From: a virus
Taxonomy: Duplodnaviria > Caudoviricetes
IMG/VR virus record: IMGVR_UViG_2713897050_000002
Location: 6,518 to 70,517 of that record
Direction: 5' to 3' (one strand)
Length of the DNA: 64,000 nt
A program made the position numbers and the translations under genes. A model generated the notes under the pieces. The model was not told where the DNA came from. It searched no databases and worked only from the letters and a program-made list of their open reading frames with translations. Positions within the stretch are counted from its first letter, which is position 1, and the number at the start of each line of letters is the position of its first letter. This document shows, piece after piece, positions 1 through 9,287 of the stretch.

Positions 1-337
1 TAACAGCCTTGCTGCCATACTTGAGACCATTGAACGACGCCCGCCACTGCAACATCGACAAATTAGAAGTCAACGAGGTTGGGGCAGGCACCGTCACATA
101 ATCGCGGTTGCGATGCGAAATCTGGCCCGTCAAACCGATCTCCACCTCAAAAGGTGCAATCGCCTTAATCTTCATCACCCCACCGTCATCCACCTGGACA
201 GGCTTCGCGGGGTCCAACATGGGAGTCAACACCATGTTTCCGGTAACAGGCACATCATCGAATTGGTCGTCTTCATCGACGCCGTCAATTATGAGTGCGC
301 CTACGTTGACGCGTACGGTTGAATATCCTAGTGGCAT
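1..337 (-). CDS. Minor tail protein, N-terminal part (runs off the left edge)
   Basis: Not in the ORF track; ATG at 337 after GGAG, open frame MPLGYSTVRVNVGALIIDGVDEDDQFDDVPVTGNMVLTP...QWRASF to the window edge. Confidence 0.7.
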   Translation of the reverse strand, partial: MPLGYSTVRVNVGALIIDGVDEDDQFDDVPVTGNMVLTPMLDPAKPVQVDDGGVMKIKAIAPFEVEIGLTGQISHRNRDYVTVPAPTSLTSNLSMLQWRASFNGLKYGSKAV

Positions 338-400
338 CAGGCAGAACTCCGTTCAAAGTGTTGTTGTGGCAGAGTTCTGCCGAAAAAGTGTTGGAGAAGG

Positions 401-1375
401 TCACGTGAGTGTCAGGAATGTGCCTGACGCTGCGACTGCGCGGCCACCGGTAAGCCCGGCGACATAGCCTTCGACTGTGATCAGTTGCGCGGTAGCGGCT
501 GCGGGGATGGTGAACGTGCCTGTGACTGTTTGCCCGCCTGCTGGCGCGGTACCCACTACTACGCCGTCTGCGAGGACGCGGCACGTGTTGACTGCGTTGC
601 TGCCGCCATACGTCACCTGGACTACCGCAGTGGCTGAAATGTTGGCGGGAAGCATGAGCCCATTGGAGACAACAATTGATCCGCTTCTCGCAGTCCAGCT
701 TGTGATCTGGGTCCATGTCGAGCCAGTTAGCGTTTGGTTGCCGGATTTGTCCATGCCGGCTCCGCCATATATTGAGCCGGTTACGGTGGGGGTGCCGACG
801 CCTGATGCTGCCGCTGTGGTTCTTGCGGCGGTCGCGACTGTAGAAGTACCTGTTCCTGCCGCTGTAGCGCGTACTGAGCCTGCGGCGGGAGTAAGGGTGG
901 AGCTTTGCCCTGACGCCGGAATCGTGGTGCCAGGCGAGGCTGTGAGAGTGCCCGATCCTGTAGCGGCCACACTTGACACGGCCGAAGACTTGACGACCTT
1001 ATCGCCTACCCCTGAAGCCTCGATCGAAGTCGGGAACGCCTGCCCCACCACATACGCGGGAGCCGTTAACTTTCCAGAACCCGAAGCGGCAGCCGCAGCC
1101 ACGCCACGCGGCGCAACCTGCGTACTACCAGACGCCGACCCGACCATCCGTGCGGCAACTCCCGCACGGACAGTTGCCGCACCAGAACCCGAACCAGCGA
1201 ACACCGTAAACCACGGCACATTCGGGATAAACCCATCCGGGAGAACAGAAACCGGCACCACAGGCAAGCCAATCGACACGACAGGTGGCGGCGAAAAGTT
1301 CACTACAACAATCGGCGGTGACGGTAACGCAGCGGTCAGCTCCATGCCACCTCCAAAGGTTGCAGTAACAATCAA
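401..1375 (-). CDS. Minor tail / tail fibre-like protein
   Basis: Ala/Gly/Thr/Ser-rich 324 aa; C-terminal GMDKSGNQTL..WTQITSW motif; tail module position. Confidence 0.7.
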   Translation of the reverse strand: MIVTATFGGGMELTAALPSPPIVVVNFSPPPVVSIGLPVVPVSVLPDGFIPNVPWFTVFAGSGSGAATVRAGVAARMVGSASGSTQVAPRGVAAAAASGSGKLTAPAYVVGQAFPTSIEASGVGDKVVKSSAVSSVAATGSGTLTASPGTTIPASGQSSTLTPAAGSVRATAAGTGTSTVATAARTTAAASGVGTPTVTGSIYGGAGMDKSGNQTLTGSTWTQITSWTARSGSIVVSNGLMLPANISATAVVQVTYGGSNAVNTCRVLADGVVVGTAPAGGQTVTGTFTIPAAATAQLITVEGYVAGLTGGRAVAASGTFLTLT

Positions 1376-1719
1376 GACTGGGTGTAGCTGATCGGCGCTT
1401 TCACCTGGCCCTGCGCAGACAACGTCACCGTTGCGGTCAATGCGCCGCCATCAAGGAACGTGCCGCCAGTCGCGGCAGTCCACAAACCCCAATGCGAATA
1501 ACTACCCGCAGACACATCAAACGTCACCTCGCTACCAGTCACAGTAGAGTTAGCGGCAGAACCCCACGTAGTCTGCTTACGCGCATAAGCCGGAGAACCA
1601 CCCGACGCCTCATTCGCGCCAGTCGCAGCCGGAGAAGCAGTATGCAAAGACAACCAAGAACCCTGTGCCGCATAAGCAGTCGCAAGCGCATTCTTAGTAG
1701 CAGTAACAGCAATAGCCAT
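1372..1719 (-). CDS. Minor tail protein
   Basis: LSLHTASPAATGANEASGGSPAYARK...HWGLWTAATGGTFL, typical of small actinophage tail fibre-associated proteins. Confidence 0.8.
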   Translation of the reverse strand: MAIAVTATKNALATAYAAQGSWLSLHTASPAATGANEASGGSPAYARKQTTWGSAANSTVTGSEVTFDVSAGSYSHWGLWTAATGGTFLDGGALTATVTLSAQGQVKAPISYTQS

Positions 1720-1728
1720 AATCGAATC

Positions 1729-2067
1729 CTAACGAGGTTGCTTGCGCTCAACCTTGCCGTAAAACCGGCAATAATCGACGCGAGGCGAATCAGGGAAACT
1801 GAAATACAGGTAATATGAAGTACGCGCCGGAATCAGATCGGCGGCTTCGGACTCTTGCCGCCACATAGCCTTCTCCGTAGTCACAACAGCCGGCCACGAC
1901 GCAATCACAGAACCACTAGTGGGATTACTGTAAAAGTCGATACGCGCCGTAGTGCCAGGCGGGAACGTCTCATACTCGGGTGGGGTAATGATTTGTTGGA
2001 AGTCTTGTCCGCGGGTGAGGCGTAGTTTGATTTCCTCTTGGTCGACTTTCCCTAACGGTTCTGTCAT
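1729..2067 (-). CDS. Minor tail protein (LtfC-like)
   Basis: LRLTRGQDF...WPAVV...GKVER pattern; ATGA overlap with the upstream gene. Confidence 0.6.
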   Translation of the reverse strand: MTEPLGKVDQEEIKLRLTRGQDFQQIITPPEYETFPPGTTARIDFYSNPTSGSVIASWPAVVTTEKAMWRQESEAADLIPARTSYYLYFSFPDSPRVDYCRFYGKVERKQPR

Positions 2068-2381
2068 GGTGCCGCCTCTTCGGGGTGTTCGACAGCTTCA
2101 CGGGTCGCGCGCGTGTCACGCTGAATCGACTCCAATTGTGTTTTAAGTCCAGCCACTTCCGTGCGCAACTCTTCCAACTGTGTTTTCAAGTCTTTGTTTT
2201 CGCTGCGGAGTGTGGCGTTGTCTGCTTGTACTTGCTCCACGAAACTTCCCGCTGCGGTAGTGATGATCGATGTAGCTTCTGCCGACATTTTGCGGCGGGA
2301 GAATAGTCCGCCGATGAGGGCTGAGACGATTGCACAGACACCCGCAGATGTGAGTACAGCTACTGCGAGGTCTGCGTTCAT
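2064..2381 (-). CDS. Lysis-associated membrane protein (1 TM plus coiled coil)
   Basis: N-terminal hydrophobic helix then heptad coil QADNATLRSENKDLKTQLEELRTEVAGL; last gene of the lysis cassette. Confidence 0.65.
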   Translation of the reverse strand: MNADLAVAVLTSAGVCAIVSALIGGLFSRRKMSAEATSIITTAAGSFVEQVQADNATLRSENKDLKTQLEELRTEVAGLKTQLESIQRDTRATREAVEHPEEAAP

Positions 2382-2821
2382 GTCTCACCCCTTCCCGCAC
2401 GCTTGACTGCCTGATCAGCTTTGATTACTGCCTTGTAGATGACTCGTATGCATTGCCAACAGCGCCAAAAGCATGCCGCGGAGAATGCGAGGCAGAATGG
2501 TGCCGCGAATGATGCGAGTGGGGCTTGGGACACGATGAAAATTGAGAGTGCGTACGCCATGAGTCCGAATGCGATTCCGACTAGGCCCGCGATTTCTAGG
2601 TATAGGCCGGTAGCTTCGTCGCGCCACAGGATGCCTGTCGTACATATGATGGAGCCGACTAGTACGAGCAGGGACCATAGGATTTGTACGGCTGGCGAGG
2701 CGGCTGCCGCGATGTTCGATGGGGCTTGACCGGTCACCAGTTGCAGAAACCCTGCGATGCCGGCGACGGGGACCATGATGACTTCAAATGGGTGCCGTGC
2801 ATCCCTATGTGTGTTTATCAC
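2378..2821 (-). CDS. Multi-pass (about 4 TM) lysis-cassette membrane protein
   Basis: Start re-called at GTG 2821 (GTGA overlap); four hydrophobic segments. Confidence 0.7.
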   Translation of the reverse strand: MINTHRDARHPFEVIMVPVAGIAGFLQLVTGQAPSNIAAAASPAVQILWSLLVLVGSIICTTGILWRDEATGLYLEIAGLVGIAFGLMAYALSIFIVSQAPLASFAAPFCLAFSAACFWRCWQCIRVIYKAVIKADQAVKRAGRGET

Positions 2822-3231
2822 GCGTATTTCCTTCTGTAGAGTTGGAATCGCATGAGGTAGAGGATTGCGAAGGTTCCCCAGATGATTGCGCCGAGTGGTC
2901 CGACGCGCGGGTTGGTGTAGGATTCGAAAAAGAATGTGACGCCGAAGAACATGCACCAGAATGCGCAGCCGATTGATCCTGCCATGAGTGTGCGGCGTCG
3001 GGCCGTAAGCGCCCCGTAGAGCATGACCGCTCCGAGGGCCAAGATTAATATTCCCCATGATGCGGGTGCGCCTGGGACTGCTAAAGCGGTTTCGTAGGCT
3101 TCGGCGGACCATCGTGTTTCACCACCGATGATGGTGACGAGTCCGACTGCGATTGCGAAGGTTGCGTAGACTCGGGCGGTTTGGTCGACTACTTCCTGCG
3201 CCAAGTTTGGGTCGACGGGAAGCCGCCGCAT
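2818..3231 (-). CDS. Multi-pass (about 4 TM) lysis-cassette membrane protein
   Basis: Four hydrophobic segments; TAATG overlap with the holin. Confidence 0.7.
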   Translation of the reverse strand: MRRLPVDPNLAQEVVDQTARVYATFAIAVGLVTIIGGETRWSAEAYETALAVPGAPASWGILILALGAVMLYGALTARRRTLMAGSIGCAFWCMFFGVTFFFESYTNPRVGPLGAIIWGTFAILYLMRFQLYRRKYA

Positions 3232-3614
3232 TATTCGGCCCTGTGTCGTCCTGTGAGGGATTCAATTCCGTCACTGAGGGCTTTCTCCGCTTGGGCGCGA
3301 TACGCAGCCACAGTGTCAACTGCGGAGGCGCTAACGGCCTCTATGGTCGGATTGACCCGCACTGCCACGGCTTCTGCGAGCGCGGGAATATCGATAGGCT
3401 CCTGCTGCGCAGGCTGAGCGCCAGGCTTGTTTACGTTCATCGCGGCAAGCAAGAAACCGATCGAGCCGAGCGCCGAGCTTGCGTTCAAGAGGATAGAATC
3501 AGCCTGATCCTGCGTCACCCAATTGAAAAGCGCCGCTGCACCCAACACTGCAGCGAGAACTCCGTAGATCGCGAGACGGAGGTTGGGGTAAATCTTCTGA
3601 ATTTTCGACATCAC
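3231..3614 (-). CDS. Holin
   Basis: RLAIYGVLAAVLG...WVTQDQA...LLAAMNV two-TM pattern directly after lysin. Confidence 0.75.
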   Translation of the reverse strand: MMSKIQKIYPNLRLAIYGVLAAVLGAAALFNWVTQDQADSILLNASSALGSIGFLLAAMNVNKPGAQPAQQEPIDIPALAEAVAVRVNPTIEAVSASAVDTVAAYRAQAEKALSDGIESLTGRHRAE

Positions 3615-4501
3615 TTACCGTCCTTCGGGGTCAGCAAATCCTCGACACGCTTCACAGCGGCCTCGATGCGGAATGCGGCAGCATCAATCAGGCGTAGATA
3701 TTCGCCCGCATCAAACGACTTTTCGGGGTTAACAATTGACGGCTTCTTGCCTGTTAATGTGTCCAGTTGTGCGACCTGGAAGTTACCGATCTGAAGAAGA
3801 CGGCCCAGCGCATTAACTACAGTTCGCTGCGGCTCCACGAAATCCCCGAGCTGCGGCCAACCTGGATACTCGCCAGGCTTAGGCGAGCCTGTCAACTGAT
3901 TCTTCACTTCGTCTGCAATACTCACAGGGAACTCCTCTGCGGATGGGAGAATCGCTTCTCCAAGGTTGAGTGCGCGGTAATAGAACACGCGCCTATCGTC
4001 TATGCCGTTCTGCCCACCGTTGACCGCGCGCGTAGCGCCAATCAAGTCACGGTTGTCGGCGAAAGAGTTCATGTCGCGGGCGACAGTCCAATACCAGACC
4101 GCGCCGAGGAACCCGTACTCGGGCTGCGACAGAAGCTGCGGATTGTCCACAAACTTTGTGGGACTGTCCACGATGCCTTTACTGTGCGCCCATTCCGACA
4201 GTTTCCCGTAATTGTGCCGGCCGGTAACCTGTATAGGGCCGCGGCCTTTGAATCTGCGACCGTCCCCCTGTTGTGTGTTACCGAGATCGCGGCGTCCCTC
4301 GTATGCGGAGCCGTCTGCGATTTCTTCCATCCACTTCAAGCCGCCCGATTCGTGCCCAATCTGGGAGCAGAACATGGTGACACGCAGGACCGTGTTGCAG
4401 TTGGCTTGAATGAGTGCCCTGTTGAATGCTGGGGCCAACTCTTCATATCGGGCCATTGGCACCCGGTTGTCCATTGCTTTTGCGAGTGTTGCAGCATCCA
4501 T
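3611..4501 (-). CDS. lysA: Lysin A, glycoside hydrolase 19 part
   Basis: QIGHESGG, YEGRRDLGNTQQGDG, FKGRGPIQVTGRHNY, TRAVNGGQNG motifs. Confidence 0.92.
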   Translation of the reverse strand: MDAATLAKAMDNRVPMARYEELAPAFNRALIQANCNTVLRVTMFCSQIGHESGGLKWMEEIADGSAYEGRRDLGNTQQGDGRRFKGRGPIQVTGRHNYGKLSEWAHSKGIVDSPTKFVDNPQLLSQPEYGFLGAVWYWTVARDMNSFADNRDLIGATRAVNGGQNGIDDRRVFYYRALNLGEAILPSAEEFPVSIADEVKNQLTGSPKPGEYPGWPQLGDFVEPQRTVVNALGRLLQIGNFQVAQLDTLTGKKPSIVNPEKSFDAGEYLRLIDAAAFRIEAAVKRVEDLLTPKDGK

Positions 4502-5025
4502 TAGCGAGGTCCCATCAGTTGATGCAGGGACTCAGCCCACAAAGCTTCATCCGGGTCGACGGCGGGCGCAGCGGGGGCGGCAGGCTTTGGCTTGTCGCCA
4601 GGCCACAGTGCGCCGATCAACCACGGGGCAGGGTCCAGCCTGTTTCCGCCAGGAGGTGACCACACTGCACGGTGCACCTCGAAATGCAGGTGGGGTGCGA
4701 CACCGCCGTTACTATTACTGTCGGGGTTGATGCGGCCGATCCGTTGGCCAGCTTCGACGCGCTGGCCGACACTCACTTCGGGGATGATGTGCCCGTATAC
4801 GGTGAGTCCTGATCCATCCACGGCTGGGTGATCTACGTTGATCCACTTTCCGAAGCCTGATGCAGGACCGGAAGCGGTGACTGTGCCGCCTTGTGCCGCA
4901 TAGATCGGGAAACCGCCCGAGCCGCCATCACGCCCGAAATCAATGCCCCAATGAGTTGTCCCCCATCGAGCGCCGAAGCCTGATGTAATGTAGAAGCCTT
5001 TATCTACCGGTAAATATCGTGCCAT
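4501..5025 (-). CDS. lysA: Lysin A, M23 peptidase part
   Basis: HWGIDF (HxxxD), YGH and PHLHFEV zinc motifs. Confidence 0.92.
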   Translation of the reverse strand: MARYLPVDKGFYITSGFGARWGTTHWGIDFGRDGGSGGFPIYAAQGGTVTASGPASGFGKWINVDHPAVDGSGLTVYGHIIPEVSVGQRVEAGQRIGRINPDSNSNGGVAPHLHFEVHRAVWSPPGGNRLDPAPWLIGALWPGDKPKPAAPAAPAVDPDEALWAESLHQLMGPR

Positions 5026-5225
5026 TAGGCGACCTCGTCAATCAACTGAGCGATACGGATAGCCGCACCACGATCCAACACCGAATCAACCTGCAAACGA
5101 CCCTGCCGCGAATACTGGGCATGAATAGCAGTCACAAACTCCGGGGTCACACCACAAATCTCGGCCACATCGAGGACAGTCGGGTAATCCCCGAATTCCC
5201 ACTCCTCATCAATACAACGAATCAC
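5025..5225 (-). CDS. Small HTH / IF2_N-like protein
   Basis: PTVLDVAEICGVTPEFV...DSVLDRGAAIRIAQL; paralogue of 6861..7049; coupled on both sides. Confidence 0.5.
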   Translation of the reverse strand: MIRCIDEEWEFGDYPTVLDVAEICGVTPEFVTAIHAQYSRQGRLQVDSVLDRGAAIRIAQLIDEVA

Positions 5226-5548
5226 TCCGAAGCCTCAGACTTTCCACCAAACAAACGCGAAGAACCAGAAATGACACGAGCAGCAATTGAACCAGGCTCC
5301 GGAATAAACATAAACGTCAAATTCAGAAATTTCACAGCACCATCTAAACCATGCTGCCGAATATAGTTTTCAGCATGATCTTTCCGAACCAAATACATAG
5401 GCCAAGATGTGCGTGACTGCAAAACTGCAAGCTCATCAGGGGTCGCAATAACTACTTCAGTGGAACCGTCAGTATGCATAACCCACACCGCATCAGGGTG
5501 TCCATCCTTGCTTAACAGGTCCAGTAACTGATCCTGGGTAACCTTCAT
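5222..5548 (-). CDS. Hypothetical protein
   Basis: Start re-called at ATG 5548 (ATGA overlap). Confidence 0.6.
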   Translation of the reverse strand: MKVTQDQLLDLLSKDGHPDAVWVMHTDGSTEVVIATPDELAVLQSRTSWPMYLVRKDHAENYIRQHGLDGAVKFLNLTFMFIPEPGSIAARVISGSSRLFGGKSEASE

Positions 5549-5832
5549 TCCGCAACGGCCAATTCGTAACCCAAATCCCAAAGGGCCTCAGCATGAGTTC
5601 TATTTGGTGCGCGATGCAACACCCACATGCTTGGCTGCAAGGGGTTCTGTAGAATAGCGCCGGTTTTATCCGCCGCGAGCACAATCGCCTCATCAGGGCA
5701 GTTCGGAAGAGTAGCGACAGTAACAGCCACATAGACGACTTCGCTGGTCCCGTAAGGCTCCGACAACTCATACACGTGACTTGTCGGTTGGAGTGTTGAA
5801 AGATTTTCGATCGTTCGTGTCGCGGTGGGCAT
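5545..5832 (-). CDS. Hypothetical protein in the tail region
   Basis: AAGGA RBS, 95 aa, coupled to the next gene. Confidence 0.6.
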   Translation of the reverse strand: MPTATRTIENLSTLQPTSHVYELSEPYGTSEVVYVAVTVATLPNCPDEAIVLAADKTGAILQNPLQPSMWVLHRAPNRTHAEALWDLGYELAVAE

Positions 5833-5844
5833 CCGATTCCTTCG

Positions 5845-6864
5845 CTATTTATATGACGTAATCCAGCACGCACCTGGCGCGCCGTTGCCGCCATTGCCTG
5901 CAAATCCGAAAAAGCTGTATGAGCCGCCTCCGCCGCCTGGTGCCCCGGGGTTGCCGCCATTGCCGCCGCTGCCGCCATTGCCAGAGCCTGCGTTGCGGGC
6001 ACCACCGCCGCCACCAGTGCCGGGGTAAGGCTTCGTAGGGGGGGAAGGCGAGTTACCGTTACCTCCCGCCGCACCGCTAGTCCCTGCGCCCGCTGCCCCG
6101 CCATTAGCGAAGGCGTGACCAGTGCCCGCAGTCGGCTCATATGGGACTGTGAACCCGCCCGCCGACACGACATACCCGCCGTTGCCGCCACGAATATTCA
6201 GCGTCTTTGAACCAAAACCATGAGCTGTAGACAGAGCGCCACCCGCAGCAAGGAACGCGCCGAACGTACTATTGCCCCCACCCGTGCCCATTGTGTTGTC
6301 AGTCGTGGCACCAACGCCGCCATTCCCCAGCGCAACAGCCACAGTTGCCGGTAGGTCTGCATCGAAAAACTCAGCGTCATTCCATCCGCCTGACCATCCA
6401 CCCACCCCGCCGCCGTTAGCGCCGAACTGAGTGCCGTTGGATCGCCCTCCACCGCCTCCGCCGCCAATGATCTCCACGACGTGACGGGAAAATCCGGTCG
6501 GTTTCGTCCATGTCCCGTCCATCCCGAAGTAGGCGCGCTGCGCGGATGCGCCTCCGCCCGCGTCAACCTGGTCGATGCGGTTGTCTAGGCGCGGGACTTC
6601 GACGTTCTTCACTTGGTCGAGCCCGTTCCGAACTCCAAGTAGGCCGCCGATGAAGTCTGCGATTCCGCCAACGAAGCCGAACACGCCTTGCGTGAGAACG
6701 CCGAGGAAACCGCCACTCCCCCAAAGGTTGTCTTGGCCCTTCGCGAAGTTGTTGACTGTCGGGTTTTTGAGTTTGCCGCGGATGCCAGCTTCAGTCTCGT
6801 CCTGCCCATAACGGGTTCCGATCACATACGCGCCATCAGGGGCATTACCCCCAGGCGTAGTCAC
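5845..6864 (-). CDS. Glycine-rich minor tail protein
   Basis: MTTPGGNAPDGAY start; GTWTKP...IIGGGGGGG; many GGNGG repeats. Confidence 0.85.
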   Translation of the reverse strand: MTTPGGNAPDGAYVIGTRYGQDETEAGIRGKLKNPTVNNFAKGQDNLWGSGGFLGVLTQGVFGFVGGIADFIGGLLGVRNGLDQVKNVEVPRLDNRIDQVDAGGGASAQRAYFGMDGTWTKPTGFSRHVVEIIGGGGGGGRSNGTQFGANGGGVGGWSGGWNDAEFFDADLPATVAVALGNGGVGATTDNTMGTGGGNSTFGAFLAAGGALSTAHGFGSKTLNIRGGNGGYVVSAGGFTVPYEPTAGTGHAFANGGAAGAGTSGAAGGNGNSPSPPTKPYPGTGGGGGARNAGSGNGGSGGNGGNPGAPGGGGGSYSFFGFAGNGGNGAPGACWITSYK

Positions 6865-7049
6865 CGACCCGCCAAAATCTCGGCAACACGAATAGCGTCA
6901 GCCTGAGACACCAACGAATCCGACGACAATCCCGGCCGCGAATGAGAATCAAACACCGAAACCACCACCCCAACATCACACGCCAAAAACCCAGCCAACT
7001 CAGCAACAGTCATCACAGACGGAAACAACGTCACAGGCTCAGACATCAC
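6861..7049 (-). CDS. Small HTH / IF2_N-like protein
   Basis: MTVAELAGFLACDVGVVV...DSLVSQADAIRVAEIL; coupled on both sides. Confidence 0.5.
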   Translation of the reverse strand: MMSEPVTLFPSVMTVAELAGFLACDVGVVVSVFDSHSRPGLSSDSLVSQADAIRVAEILAGR

Positions 7050-7606
7050 AACCCCCGCACCGACGGATCATTCAAAATGCCTTGCCGTTTCTTGCCCATC
7101 ATTTCCGCCGCCAACACCCGCCTGCGTTCCTGATCAGAGGCGTGAACCAAATACCCCTTCACATACGACACCGTCGCATCAGCCGGATTGAACACAGGCG
7201 CGACAGTCACCGAAGCCTTATCGACCTCAACAACCGGCGCATCCTTCACAACACCGTGATAACGCAACTGCTCCGCAACAAACTCCTGCTCATGCCGCGT
7301 GTACTCCTCCATGTTCGGGAGTGCAACCGGCGCAACATCAGGCTCATCAATCCCAACCCACTCAGACGTATTATTGAGATAATGCTGCTGCCCGCGATGC
7401 GGAGTCCGCAACTTCTTCAACATCAACTCCGGATCATGCCGAAAACCCAAATCCTCCAAATGCTGAGACATCCACTCACGCGCCTCAGGATTAGGCGTAA
7501 ACTCCGTATCACCAGCCAACTTGATCGCAACAAACGCCCACTGATACTTCTGCTGAGGGTCATCCTGCAATTCACGAGAATTCTCAAACGTAGGTAGCCG
7601 AGCCAC
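7046..7606 (-). CDS. Minor tail protein (DUF2744-like)
   Basis: LPTFENS...WAFV...MSQHLEDLGFRHDPEL...WV; follows the large minor tail gene. Confidence 0.75.
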   Translation of the reverse strand: MARLPTFENSRELQDDPQQKYQWAFVAIKLAGDTEFTPNPEAREWMSQHLEDLGFRHDPELMLKKLRTPHRGQQHYLNNTSEWVGIDEPDVAPVALPNMEEYTRHEQEFVAEQLRYHGVVKDAPVVEVDKASVTVAPVFNPADATVSYVKGYLVHASDQERRRVLAAEMMGKKRQGILNDPSVRGL

Positions 7607-7633
7607 AACCAAACCTTCCAAAGATAAAGTTTG

Positions 7634-9277
7634 CTACACGAGACCCAACTCATTCAACATCGAAACGATGTCCTGAATTTCCTCGATAGCCTTAATGATC
7701 GGGTCTTGCGGCTCCCGCTGCCCAATCTGAATCGTCCATGTTGGAGAAGATGTGCGATCCCACTTCAACGTGAGTTCGGTAACCTGCTCCACGAAAATGC
7801 GGCCAGGCTCCATACCGAGAATGGTGAAGCCGACACGGTCCCCGATGAAGAAGTGTCCGTGCCCGTTCTGGCCTATCTGCCACGGCGCACCATCCGCTAA
7901 CGTTAGAGTGCAGCGGTTGACCTCGCGGGTCTGATACATGGCGGTACGCTGAGCCAATAGATAACTGAGCGTGTATGCGCGGTCGGCACCCTCACCCCAC
8001 TTCTCGTGGTAATGAGACCAGCCAAGCCTTTGCGCCCTTTGCGGACTCTTCCACTTACCGAACGCCAGAAACACATCCGTATACAGCGGCTTCAATACGG
8101 CGTCCGCCACACCACCCAAAGGCGGCACACCCGGAATCATCGCCGTCAAATCCCCGACCATCTGAATGCCGGCCGAAATCAACTCATTGACACCAGGCAT
8201 CGAATGCCCGCCCGCTACAGTGCCGACATCTGTTGCCGGTTTATGACTGAACTCAGACGACTGAATGCCCGTATGCTCAGACTCGCGATACACGACACCA
8301 GGCATCGACGGGATAGTCCCCCGGAAACCAGGCACCAAATACTCGCCCGGAACATTCGGGTCCGCGACCTGCTCGACATTCTCGGTCTTACCGTCGCCAC
8401 CAATATTGATCAGCTCACGCAGCAAACCGCCGAAGATCGAGCCACCAAACGAGGTGCCCGTGTTGAATGCGGACTTGTCGACCAGATCCCACACCAAACA
8501 CCCGTGACGCAGGTTAGCGCCAGGCCACGGAGGGGGATCGCCCCTCAGGTAGCGGCGGGCCTCCCACGACAACTGGCCGTCCGCGGCAACCTTCTTCGAC
8601 ACATCGTGCATGTACTTGAACCGGCCATGCACAATCGCCCCAACACTGCGATCAACCGTCGTTTCGGGCTTCACAACCTGCGACCACGTCGACTGATCAA
8701 AATTGAACCAGCCGCCAGGGTCCATCGGATTATCCGGCAACATCCACAAGCTCGATTCGAGCCGCATGATGTTGACCATCAACGTCGTCTTCAATGCCCA
8801 ACGCGCACGGCCAAAACACAACCAAGTCCGCGGAAACTGAATCTCAGCCGGCAAAAACGGATTGGCCCACACAATAATGTGCTTCAGATGCTCATAATCA
8901 TGTTTGAACAAGACCCGCACAACCTTTGTGCCGTCCTCGCTCTTGATGATCTTGAGTTCATCCATCATCCCCGACCAGCGGGCACCATCTTTTTCGACAG
9001 TGATAAACACATTCGTCGTAGGACGCAAATGAATATCCGCCAACCACCTCGACAGGTAGTAGTCCAGCGGCATCTCAATCTGCCCAACACCAGTCTCATT
9101 ATCCAAAAACTGGAACTCAGCAGAATTCTCACGATGACACTCACCGCGCAAATTCCAATCGCCATCCCACAACCGAATCAACGGTGGAAGAAGACGACGC
9201 TCCTTCTCCCGCTCCAAACGATCAGTAATAGCCTTGAACTCGGCATCAAAATCAATCGTTGCAACCGAAGCCATCAC
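7634..9277 (-). CDS. Minor tail protein (baseplate hub, Gp37-like)
   Basis: PLIRLWDGDWNLRG, WANPFLPAEIQFP, GHFFIGDRVG motifs. Confidence 0.9.
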   Translation of the reverse strand: MMASVATIDFDAEFKAITDRLEREKERRLLPPLIRLWDGDWNLRGECHRENSAEFQFLDNETGVGQIEMPLDYYLSRWLADIHLRPTTNVFITVEKDGARWSGMMDELKIIKSEDGTKVVRVLFKHDYEHLKHIIVWANPFLPAEIQFPRTWLCFGRARWALKTTLMVNIMRLESSLWMLPDNPMDPGGWFNFDQSTWSQVVKPETTVDRSVGAIVHGRFKYMHDVSKKVAADGQLSWEARRYLRGDPPPWPGANLRHGCLVWDLVDKSAFNTGTSFGGSIFGGLLRELINIGGDGKTENVEQVADPNVPGEYLVPGFRGTIPSMPGVVYRESEHTGIQSSEFSHKPATDVGTVAGGHSMPGVNELISAGIQMVGDLTAMIPGVPPLGGVADAVLKPLYTDVFLAFGKWKSPQRAQRLGWSHYHEKWGEGADRAYTLSYLLAQRTAMYQTREVNRCTLTLADGAPWQIGQNGHGHFFIGDRVGFTILGMEPGRIFVEQVTELTLKWDRTSSPTWTIQIGQREPQDPIIKAIEEIQDIVSMLNELGLV

Positions 9278-9287
9278 TCACCACCAC

